From Gonapodya sp. JEL0774 (Eukaryota), in assembly GCA_027604505.1 (NCBI GenBank), contig JADIIX010000195.1, positions 1 through 32,257 of the forward strand: a stretch of DNA of 32,257 nt, read 5' to 3'. The first letter of the stretch is position 1. Each line of letters opens with the position of its first letter. The translations under genes and the position numbers were made by a program. This document shows positions 12,501 to 23,700 of this stretch, in pieces. The notes under the pieces are model-generated. The model made no database searches and was not told the DNA's origin. It worked only from the letters and a program-made list of their open reading frames with translations.

Positions 12501-14409
12501 CAACCACGTTGGCGCCCTGCGTTTTTGAGCACATATCGCAACTCCAACAGTATGTCTTTTTGTTGAGGTTTGCGCTACGAAGACTTTGCAGATTGCTCAA
12601 CGTGAACCTAAAAGGCGAGTTGGGGATTTTGTGCATGATCGACTGACAACACCGAGGAAGAAAATACCATCATTTGGCTGACCTTGCAATTTCCATTTGC
12701 TTTTGCAGTGCTGCCTCCAACTGGAGGGGCAGATCCCAGCCATAAGGGTTACGAGGATGATTCCAACGCAGATCTATCGGACCAAGATCCTTCGCAAGCG
12801 TACGGTTATTCTCGACCCCCAAACAATTTGGATAGCGATAGCGATGAGGATAATAAGTACGCACCGTCAGGGCACTCTCAGCCACCATCTACGTCAAGTT
12901 CTGCCACAAGAACCAACGAGCAGGCAACATGGCGGCCAGAGGGATCCAAGGTTCCAACTCAGTATCCTGTTCCCATGCGGAGACCCCATCAAGAAATTGT
13001 ATCGGAAGGGCAACGATATATTTCAGAATTGTCACCACTCGAATCCACTGCGATCCAACAAAGTGTTTCCCAGTACCTACAGGAGGCCATTGGGGGATAC
13101 ATGTCGGCCGAGGAGATGGCAGATTTTACAATGAAGAAGCCAACTGTTGGGGAGAAGATAGTCAGCTGGTTGAAAGGAGGGGGAGGTCAAAACAACAAAA
13201 AGGGTGGACGAGTGAAAGGTAACTCTGGATTGTAATCTTCTTTGTATTTGCTAGAGCTGCGCGGTCTGATCTCCTCTCTTACATGCGACCGACAGACGCC
13301 ACCTTTGGTGTCCACTTAGAAGTTTTGGTTGACAGACATGGGGAGCCGGCGGAGATGAAAGCCGGATACGGCCGAGTTATTGTTCCAAAAGTCATTTTGG
13401 CTTGTCTCAGGAACATGCGAAAGCAAGGTCAGATCTGCTTTTATCTTTGAATGGTACTGTCGTTAATGCCGTTTGTTTCATCTGTAAAGACCTGCGTGCA
13501 GAAGGTATCTTCCGAAAGAATGGTAATATCAAGAGACTGAAAGAGGTCTCCGAAACTCTGGATCAAAATCCAGAGCTGATTTCATGCCTCGACACTGAGA
13601 ACGTCATCCAGCTCGCTGCTCTGCTCAAAAAGTTCTTGAGAGATATGCCGGAACCGCTTTTGACATTCCGGTTGCACAAAGTGTTTACTTTGTCCCAGAG
13701 TGAGTCCACGTCAACTTTTGGACGAATTGTTGCGTTTGATATGAACCACCCCATCCACGTAGAGTTCGACGATCCCTCTGTGCAGTTTAAGATAATTCAT
13801 TATGCCATTTGTCTTCTTCCTAAACCGAACCGGGATCTTTTGGAAGTTCTATTTTTGTTCTTACGGGATGTCGCTGATAAGGCAGTCGGCGATGGTGGCA
13901 ACAAAATGGACGTGGACAATCTCGCCACTGTAATGGCTCCCAATATTCTTTATTCAAAGAGCCGGGATCCAATAAAGGATGAGAGCTTTTATGCGGTACA
14001 AGTTGTGAGGATCATTTTGGATAGGCAGGATGAGTTATGGGCGGTGAGTTTCCGTCTAATCTTGCACAGGAAGTCTCGAGGCACTTGACAGCCCAAACGC
14101 CCAAACATTTTTCAATCCTCTCAGCTTCCGGAAGAGCTCAACCGGAAAATATCAGAGGGTAATGCCCTCGAAGGTGGCTCACAGGCACGGGACGGAACAA
14201 TCGTTGGTGGCTCGATCATGGCCAACCATATCGTTCAATATGTACCACAATCCTCTACACCTGCGCCGTATGGAGCAACGGCACCAGGTCTTTCGACTAG
14301 TCCATATGATAACCAATTGAGAGCGCGGGGTATGCCAGTGGAAGTCGGTGGAGGCAATGGTATCGGGCGAGGCGTTGCAGACTATAACTCGGTGAAGGTT
14401 GAGCGATGA
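9561..14409 (+). CDS. LRG1: LIM-domain Rho GTPase-activating protein (S. cerevisiae Lrg1 / S. pombe Rga1 family)
   Basis: LIM domains CSSCNLPIRGQFVRALDGVYHLDCFKCRDC...LCET|DYFRRLDLICANCGGALRGSHITALGKKY|HLEHFTCSNC, then QWHPECYMIYK and a further degenerate LIM near 12305-12480. The RhoGAP domain has TFGVHLE, EGIFRKNG (Arg finger), LLKKFLRDMPEPLL and NKMDVDNLATVMAPNIL. Confidence 0.92.
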
Positions 14410-14905
14410 AAGACCGGGACAGGGAGGGTTGGGAGGGAGTTCATTTACCACGCTCGTGATAGAGCGGCAGCCAAATAGGGGGAAAGGACTTTTATTGCTC
14501 AGCGCCTGGCAGGTTTGTAGTAGGTGCAGTTTAGGGCGCAGAGTACCGATGTGAATTCTAGGGGAACAGCTGGAAACTTCCCATATTGTTAATTGCAGAG
14601 GAAATACTGTTCGCGCCTCCCGGCAACACAAGCACCGCTCCTGCAATCCTGACTATTCCACGTTGTAGCGAAGATTTATGTAACTCTGTGTGGCCGATCC
14701 CGTTTCGTCCAATTCTGGGGTAAGTAAGAGAAGAAGAGGGAAGTAAGGACCCCAACTGGTACCCAAGTAATTGCATACATAATGCAGGGGTCAAACCTCG
14801 CTATATATACTGTGGTTTGGTCAGAAAGTTGCCGCAGGTTCAGGTCTGAGTCCCATTTCGTTGAATTGTGTGATTGGGACCTGCCCCCCGCACGAGCTTC
14901 GCAAA

Positions 14906-16986
14906 ATGGGCGGAAACGAAGTTCTCGCTCTAGATATTGCAAGCGCATTCGAATGGCCGCAATGTCCAGCGAACGATCTTGATAATCACCAACGCTATCG
15001 CGGGGGACATGTCTATCTCAATGAACTGTGGAGATCCTCCTCCAAAACCGGGAGCCGCCAATACGCTCGCCTCGCCCATCTCTTAGAACCAAAGGGCCTC
15101 ATTCGAGCACTCTTTTCTACTTTTGGGGGAGAAATAGGATTTCCCCTTCAACTAATACCAGCGCCGATCCCCGTGACTGTTCTTGTTCATTCTGACGAAC
15201 AGTCCGGTGTAATGGAACAGAGCTTCGCCCGTACAGGTCTCGTGATTGTCTACGCTGGAAAGCCGACTTCAGATGAACGTCAATTTGGAACGTTTCATCA
15301 TAAACTTATCCTGTTGGAGTACCACGGAAAGACAGGGGAACGGACGTTGAACGAACCCGATCATAGGAGTTTCTTGCGCGTAATCGTGTTATCCGCCAAC
15401 CTTGGATTCATGGACTATAATCTGGTTGAGCAACTTGTTTGGGTTCAGGACTTTCCAATGCTACTCGAAAACGCTACAACGGAAGTGCCACTGAACGATT
15501 TCCTCTTCTATCTTCGCTCCTTTCTGCATGTTTCATGTTGTCCAATTACGTGGATCGAATCACTTGCGAAATACGACTTCTCGGAAGTTTCCGTGTTCTT
15601 AATCGCATCATTGCCTGGGATCTACTCTGAGCGCGCATTCCTGAATATGGATCGTTGGTGGGAGGAGGAAGACTACCCGGGTGAAGGCGTGAGGAGGGGT
15701 GGGATGGTCGGTCTGGGAAGGCTCGATACCGTTGTTCGCCGCTGGTTTGGAGTAGCCATTCATGAAAGTGCTGGCTGGATCCCCAACGTGAAAGTCGAAT
15801 ATGCATCTAGTAGCCTTGGCCAAATTACACCTGATTTTGTGAGCAAATTCGTGCTGGCATCGGCGGGTTCCCTCCAATCTGTGGGCGCGACAGAAGATAT
15901 GAGAATCATTCGGGAAACGCTTTGCTCATCAACAGTAAAAGGTGGCACGAAACTCGGATCGGCATCTTCTTTGAATTCTTGCCAAGCTTCCTCTGAACCT
16001 CCCAAAAAGCGACGCAGAACACACTGCGTAACGGTTCCACGTGATCCGGGTTTCGATGATGATCTCCCACCTGTACCCCAAACTGAGTCCTGGAATGTAT
16101 CAGAAAAGAGTCTTCGTAGGACGCGTTCCAGCACCTTGTCTACTCCCTTTCGGTCTTCTACGTTCGAAGTTGTGTGGCCATCTTGTCGTTCTGCGGAGCA
16201 GGCTTCGACAACCATTGAACTCAAGAACGGACAAATTGTGCGCTTAGACCTCAAAGGTGTCTTGTGCTTTCCTCGAAGCAACCACGATAGGGACCAGTTT
16301 CCGACGGATATGTAAGTAATATGTAAAATGTGTACTTATTTTGTGGAGTATCGTTATTATCCAGCAGTGACTCTTGACAATGTTTACTTCTTTTCAGTCT
16401 CCGACGATTTGATTCTCGCCGTCCTGGTACAGTCCCTCACCTGAAGCTTTGCATTGTACGGTTCATCAACCTCCCACTCTCAGAGAACAATCTGGAGCTT
16501 CCAATCGGATTTGTTTACGTTGGGTCGCACAATCTTTCCATGTCAGCGTGGGGTTCTATTTCTTTTCATCGTAGTCGCCATAGTCAGACTATTGGCAACA
16601 CGACGCATGCCGCAAAGAGAGGGCATGGACATGCAACCTTCAACCAGATAGCAGGAGACTTCGGAAACCTTTTGGATGGGGAGCGGGATGATGAGATTGA
16701 ATCTGGGACCAATGGGGAGGGCCAACCCAAGAGCTCTAGGGAACGCGAAACCAGAGACCTCAAAATTTTCGGGAAGAATTATGAGCTCGGTGTTGTTCTT
16801 CCTCTAATGGCGGGAGACCACGTAGTGGTGGGTCGCCGAATGGAGCGAATGGCGTCTGGGGAGTTCGTTTGGGTCAATCGAACAGTGCCGCTGGATTCCA
16901 TCACTCCTTGGAAGACGCCACTCCGAAAATTTGAAGACCACGAGGAGCCGTACTTCAGCGGATCTAAAATTGCACTTGAACTGTAA
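14906..16986 (+). CDS. TDP1: Tyrosyl-DNA phosphodiesterase 1 family (PLD superfamily)
   Basis: First catalytic motif FGTFHHKLILL...LRVIVLSANL, then EQLVWVQDFP, YDFS...LIASLPG and SSSLG. The second motif PHLK...YVGSHNLSMSAWG and NYELGVV follow intron 16312-16397. The first in-frame ATG is at 14906. Confidence 0.9.
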
Positions 16987-17062
16987 ATACCACAATTAAA
17001 TGACTCATTACATAGAGATAGCCTCTGAAGGAACGAAGGGAATGACTTAGAGAAGTAATTGG

Positions 17063-20000
17063 ATGATATCACTGCTGATGTCAGACCGTATGGAACTGTC
17101 TGCGGCAGAATCGCGACTATGGGATCCGTCCCCGCTAGTTCGCTGTGCTGCAATAGATGCCATTGCATTGGAAGCCGGACTGGATTCGGAGAATGGTGGA
17201 AAACCTGTGACACGTTTGTCAGCCGATATCGACAAGCCGTCTTTAGCACCAGTGCACTTGCGAGGCGTCTCCAGGATTTTTCTTACGTTTCTTCAAGATC
17301 CAAACTCACATGTCAGACACGTGCGTGCTTCTCTCGTCTTCGAGCCCCTGGCTGGTGTTTGGTCGTGAGCGGACACTCGACGATCATACTCCAAACGAAT
17401 GAATAATACCGTGTCTTTTCCACACCCCTGTTTGCTTCACCTCCGTAAATAACTGAAGAGAGCACTCCTCCGACTTCTGGAAGTGCAACGCCTTCGCATA
17501 CCCTTGTTCGAAGACAGTCAGATTTTCCCACTACTCTTCGGTCTAATGCTGGATGCCTGCGAAGACGTACAGATTTCTGCTGCAGAAATAGCTTGGTGAG
17601 TCTTTTTGGGCTCCCCCTCGCACCTAATGGAGCAGGCGAGGGATGCACTAGGTCCATAACCATACCAAGGAGGTGGATCAGTGTTTCTCGGTCACAATAT
17701 CATCTATTGGTTTGAATATTATTGAGATCTTTGCATTATAGTGACATCGCGACACAGGCATCCCGTATTGCTTCGCTGGTCCCAACCGCACTGCTTCCGG
17801 AGTGGTTCGCAGGAAGCCCACCGCGCTTCCTGAACGTGTTGTTCCTCCGCATCTCTCTCTTGTCGACGAACTCGAATGTGATGGTGAGATTGCGAGTTGC
17901 AGAACTGTTGGGCAAGTTCGAGGCGGCGGATTCCGAATGGATCGCCCTGGCACTAGTCAAGGAGGTGGGCATCCGAAGCGGGAATCCACTGAAGCAGGGT
18001 GGGCGTGGCAGAGCCTGGAAGAAGGTCTGTTATTCCATCTCTCGTCGATCACTCGGATGACCTATTGAATTGCCGGTGGGCAGCGACGTCTGGATTCCAC
18101 CGGGTCCAGTTCCACCGGTCTTCCATCTATTCCAGACGAACATCTCGCACTTGTGGACCCTGACTCACCTGGTGCGTTTGTACATGGACTTGAAGACGAA
18201 TTAGCGGCGGTGCGTCAAGCTGCAATGGGTGGGTCACCGGTGAATTAAAGGGACAACGAAAGACCATCTCGCTCAAAGCGTGTTTGACTTATCTTCAGAG
18301 TCCCTCCGCCACCTCACTTCGATTCATACGCCTCTTTTGCCGCTTTCACTTCCTCACCTTCTTGCTCTTCTGAATGATGACTCACCAGGTGTTCGAGCTG
18401 CAGCATGCTCGGCCGTCCAAAACTGTGCCGCCGGAGTAGTGCTCACCACGCAGTCTTATGATGGCGCTCTCGCTGCCCTCTCCGATGCTCACACTTCCGT
18501 AAGGCGAGCTGCAAGGGGTATGATCGGAGCTCTTGGAATTCCCAAAGAGGGCGGTGTTGACGCGCTGCTGTTAGCGGCAGAAACGGTCTTGATGAGGTAT
18601 CCGGCGGAAGCGGGAGAGGTTAGATCGTGCCTGGCGGCAGCTGGAAAGTCTGGATGGGAAGCTGTTGAATCTGTTGTGGAACAGCTTATGGGTATCGACG
18701 GGGTATTTGTCGTGAAGGAAAGACGACTTGATGATTCGCAACGTGAGTCTCAACGAAAGCACTATTTGGTGATCAGTCGAAGTAACCTCCGTCGTTCTGT
18801 TTGCAGATGTTGCCCGACTTTCTCTTATTTCTGGTGCCGGTTCTGCCGATGCCCGTGTGCTCCTCAAGGTTCCAGTATACGCTTTGGAGCATATGGAACA
18901 TTACCGGGGAAGGGAACCCGAATCCTTTCCGGGAGTGAAGGTGCGACAACTGTATGTGTTAAGATCTCCTACGTACATCCCACCCTCACCCGGCAGTCAC
19001 TAGCCCCGCCCCCAGCAGCCTCCACCCTCTTCGCTTAGATCTATCATTGACGCGCGGACTCCTGACGCAATTGAGGATTTGATGAACACCTACCTTGTAA
19101 CAGCAGCAAACCGGTTCGTGGTGGACACTTCCCCAAACAACTCCGAAAGACAGCGGTGTACTATTATGGAGCGGACAATCCGAGAATTCGACACATTAAT
19201 TTTATCCTGTCCGGTCAGTCTTCGTGGTGGTGCCACCGTGCTTCGAGGATTCTTCCAATGCAGCTTGATTTATGAGAAGGTGTGATTTCTCGACTGACCG
19301 CTTTTGGGATACCTCAAGCTAACTGCAAAATGTCAGCTCAAGCACACTCCATTTGATTTGGATCCTGCAGCTGGTCTCCGCCTTTGCTCTCAGCTCGTCC
19401 AAACCTCATACACGTCGCAATTCAGTGTCGAAGGACTAAATGAGCCGGTCATGATTGAATTCAGTATGTGGAGATGCATCGCACATGCTGTGTGGTGTTT
19501 TGCGTCAGTTTTATCAGGAAGGTAGTTCGGTCAAACGCCCATCATGGCATGTGCACGGTTTTGATTAATTCCCCATAAGGGAGCTTTCTCAGCTTGAACA
19601 ACAAGAAGCGAGAAGCAGGTGCCGTGGATTTCAACGAAGACTTCAGCGTCTGCAAAGGTAGATTGAACTTGGTCGCTTTGGAGTAACCGTAGGATCCAGA
19701 GTTGCCTTTTCCTTCACGCAGTGCCTACAATCGAATACGAAATCAAATGGCGGACGATCATCCAGTACACCGCTTGCGACCTCCAGTAGAGTTGGATATC
19801 ACCAATATGGAATGCTTGCCCCTGTTTATGCAATGGTCTTACGTGAGCGACGGGCAAAACTGCATCATCGAAGTATCGATCTCACTTTTCTTTCATCAGG
19901 GACTTTTTGTGAATTTCGTCCCTCCCCCCCCTCCAACCCGTTTACCTCTCACTTCCCTCAAGAAGACGTTCGCGAAGATAGGGTCACCTTCCAGCAATCC

Positions 20001-20515
20001 TGACAACCCGTTCCACTGCCCTGCGAATCTTCCTTTCCAAATCGATATAGAGGCGATAATTCGCGCTTCGGAAGCGGTAATTTCATATATTGTTGTTGAG
20101 GTGTGCGCTTGTCAACTGCCGTACATACTATTGTTCTGAGAAGCTCCCTGCAGTATCTCCTACCCGGCGGTCTTCTCATGCGATTTAGGCCGCCTCTGTC
20201 CGATTTTGCTGCATTGGACGAGGGATTGTTCGAACTGAAGACCAAAATGCCCTTATGCGTTGGAACATTTTCTGGTAAGCCTTCTCAGATAGAGTCGCCA
20301 TTATCGACAATCAACAGTCGCTCGCCCCTCCAGATCCTGCTCCCATACATATTTGGCTGGCAAGATCATTTTTGCCTGATGCGCAGCTCCCGGATGCTCT
20401 GTTTGCCAACTGGCCGAACCAGATCCTTGAGACCGGTGGTGAGACAACAGTTAGACTAACTGCATGCCCCGTTCAGTTCTGGTTGCATCCTAAAGAGGTG
20501 CTCACGACGTCCTAG
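17063..20515 (+). CDS. INTS4: Integrator complex subunit 4-like HEAT-repeat protein (multi-exon)
   Basis: GAFVHGLEDELAAVRQAAM at about 18171-18228 matches the INTS4 signature GAFVHGLEDE. HEAT ends include DPSPLVR, QDPNSHVR, LNDDSPGVR and SDAHTSVR, followed by a beta-rich C-terminal region. The last exon ends FWLHPKEVLTTS* at 20515. Internal exon boundaries are only partly resolved. Confidence 0.8.
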
Positions 20516-20717
20516 CGATTGAAATATTATTAGACATTTTTTTGTTGTGAAATACATGTTGTTCTCAATCCTCCTCATATGCTTGTCCGGTGGATAAAAT
20601 GAGACTGTGGAGAACACTCGCAGTAACAGATGCTCAATTAAGAAGGGAAGACGTTCAAAAGTCCTCGCTATTCACATGGGTCCTCGGAAAATCCACAAAA
20701 CATAGACGCTCTCTGTT

Positions 20718-23700
20718 TTATGTATGATTCCCTGCTTGGTCAATCACTGAGTCCATCATCATCCGAAGAAATTGGCTCGCCTCAACGTCCGTGTCAGGGT
20801 GGTTATTATCGAAAATGACGTTGTCTTCAGCACCGTACGATTTCAATTGATTAACCTCCTCTGATCTCTCAACTACGTTTCGCACAACTGGCTGCATTGC
20901 CCACGGCATCAAAAGGCCTGGAGCATTCATTCCGGTTGGTGACTGCGAATTTGTGCTCACAAATGGGTATAAGACGTTAGAGAACACTTGCTGTGGCGGA
21001 CCAACCGGCGAAATCGGAGTCGCGGGCAGTGACGCACTGAATTAGGCATTAATCACCGGTTGAAGTTTCAGGTCAGGGAAAAGGGAATCACTACACTCCC
21101 AGTAGTTCCCACCTTTGCTTCATTTTACGAGTGACCCTCCAAGAAACGATATCGCCCGGATTCACTTTTTCAATGGTGACTTCGTCTTTGACACTCTCCA
21201 GGTATCGCGTCAAGTCCACAAGAGCTGTAAGTCCATCAGGCGGTGATTTGTTATACACTGCGAGATGAAGAAGATTGTTCAGTTCGTTAAGAGACAAGCC
21301 AGGCGGAGTGGTGGGTATATGTGTGAGGAGGAACGACAAAAGAAGTGGAGACTGGAGGACTGATGACATTGCGTCAGTGGGGGAACGAGGTCCAGGTGCG
21401 GTGGTGCTCTGTGGAGTGATTGGTAGTGAAGTCCCGAACGTCTCCTTTGTCGGCGAGGAAAGAGTCATAAGTCCCAAAGCAGAGGCTACTGAATTCTGCA
21501 GACGAATTGCAGGGTTCGTGGAGATTTGCAACATGGGGAAGGTGCGCTCACGACCGGAGCTATGAGAGGTAAGTCCAGGTGAAATTATAGAATCCTGGTG
21601 CTTGGGAATCTTGATTGGTGCAGGAGCAACGATCGGACTCGTCGCAGAGTGACTTCTTTTTCGCGAAGCAAGCAAGTGATGATTGACAGGGATGTTCCGG
21701 TGGCCATATCTGTCAATGAAAAGTATTCAGCGCGGAACAGACACAACAAGAATCGAGGGTGCACATACGTAATTGTTACCCATTCCGCATTGACGATAGT
21801 GAAGTCATAAAGGGAGGAAATAAAATCCTCCACCCGGTTCTGGAATATCGGAGGGCAACTTAATTCACGACCGTAGACTTCTTGGTACATTTTCTGAGAA
21901 AGTGATCCGAACTGAATCTCCGAGGTCACATAACAGTGCATATGGCTACTTTGCTCACCAATAACACCACAATGGTCAACGAAAAGAGATCCTCTCCAGG
22001 GTAACCTACAAGGACCTTCAACCTGCGGGATTCAACATCGGGGTCCCCATCTAAGCGCTCGTCCGACAGTTCACGAATGGTTTGCCAAGCTGGAGTCGCC
22101 ACATGCGGGCGAAGTCTGACGACAAAATTTCTTTGAAATTGTGTAAACGAGGAAAAGGAATGGTAACGGACCTGACCCATATTCGATCATCCCTTGGTGA
22201 TTTAAAGGAGCACAAAACGAAAGTGTCACTTTCACGCCAAATCCAGTCGCTGAGCCGAGAAGATGGAGGCATGTTTCGATACCAGGGCATATCCGGTTCC
22301 CCATAATAACTCTTGTACACAGCGATAAGCGACCTGGAGAGAGAGGAGAATTGTCCCTTCGCGACATGCAGCCTACAGCGTCCCACTTCCTGTACTAAGT
22401 ACTCACGCAAGTCTTAAAAACACGCATCCGTCGAATAACCTGATGACTTTCCTCACAAGTGAATCATCCACAGACACTCGCTCTCCCATCGTTCTATACG
22501 AAGAAACGAATTGATCCTCTCCTCTGTACCCCACATCATTTTGTAGCGTGGGATGCGGCCTTGAACGACTGTCGGAATCGTGAAAGTACCGTCTTGCTTC
22601 TTCATACCTCCTAGGGTCGTCAACGTAAGCCCCCGCGCTCCGTGGTCGATCAAACTGCTGCTGCGTGGACGCATTGAATCTGTTATCGTAGTAGTTGTGA
22701 CCACTGGCTGGTGGAATGTGAGGAGGTCGACCATAAGGGTTGTTGCGGTACGGCAATTCAAACACATGTCGATCATAATACTGTCGGGGACTTTCATGAC
22801 TCATGGCTACGTCATGAGCACCACGTGTGTCTTGATGATGCTGATGCTGTGGAGGGTGCGCGCTCAGAGCTGGCGCCTGCCCCAGCAAACCGGCAGCTCG
22901 TTTCGTTCGAGTTCTCTCGCGGACCATCTGGATGAGATTTTCGTCGACTATAACCGTAACATCTTCACCGATACAGCGGATCTCAGGATCGGTGATCTGC
23001 TTCAGCAGAGCATTGAAAGCGGGGACAGGAGGGTCCAGGTCCTGAGATGGTGACCGGTGCTCAGATCAAGGCTCGATCACAATCAAACGGGATGCATGCA
23101 TACCGGAAGATTTCCCACCGAGCCGTAGTGAATTTCGTACATGAATTTCATCATGCTCGTCTTCAAAGCCAAGTTACGTCGCACAAGATGACTCAAACGC
23201 TTAGCAAGGATCGATGGATCCCGTCGGTCCGCGCGAGCCAAAATAGAAGGATTCGCGTATGGGTAAATGGATTCCCTTAGACAGTGGATGTGTTGTCCTA
23301 GCTCTTGATCAAGTACCAAATACAGAACCTTACTTTATACATGCCCAAGGTGTTTTGCTTCCCGGAACGTCGTGGAACCTCAAAACATCCGATAGTTCCG
23401 CCTTCAGCCACGGCCAGTACCTTTGGTGGGTGCCGGACGAGTGCGAACGCCAATCCAAAAGGATATGATTTACTTCAAGATATAGAAGAGGAATCTGGTC
23501 GATGGACACATAAGTCATCTCTCGAAAAATGCGAATGATGTCGTCACGAAGGTACTCTACGCAAGTTTGCGAGGCAGGTCATTAGGAATCGATCTTGCTG
23601 CAGTTAAAGTATGCGGGGTATCCTTGCATTCGCTCACCCGCACCACCAACACCTCGTCGTTTCGAGAGCGCTTTGAACCAAACTGCTTCATGTTTTCCTT

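Noticed and set aside
23618..23625. GTATCCTT U12-type donor motif
   Set aside because: It lies antisense to the gene at this locus, with no plus-strand exon or U12 branch point to support it.
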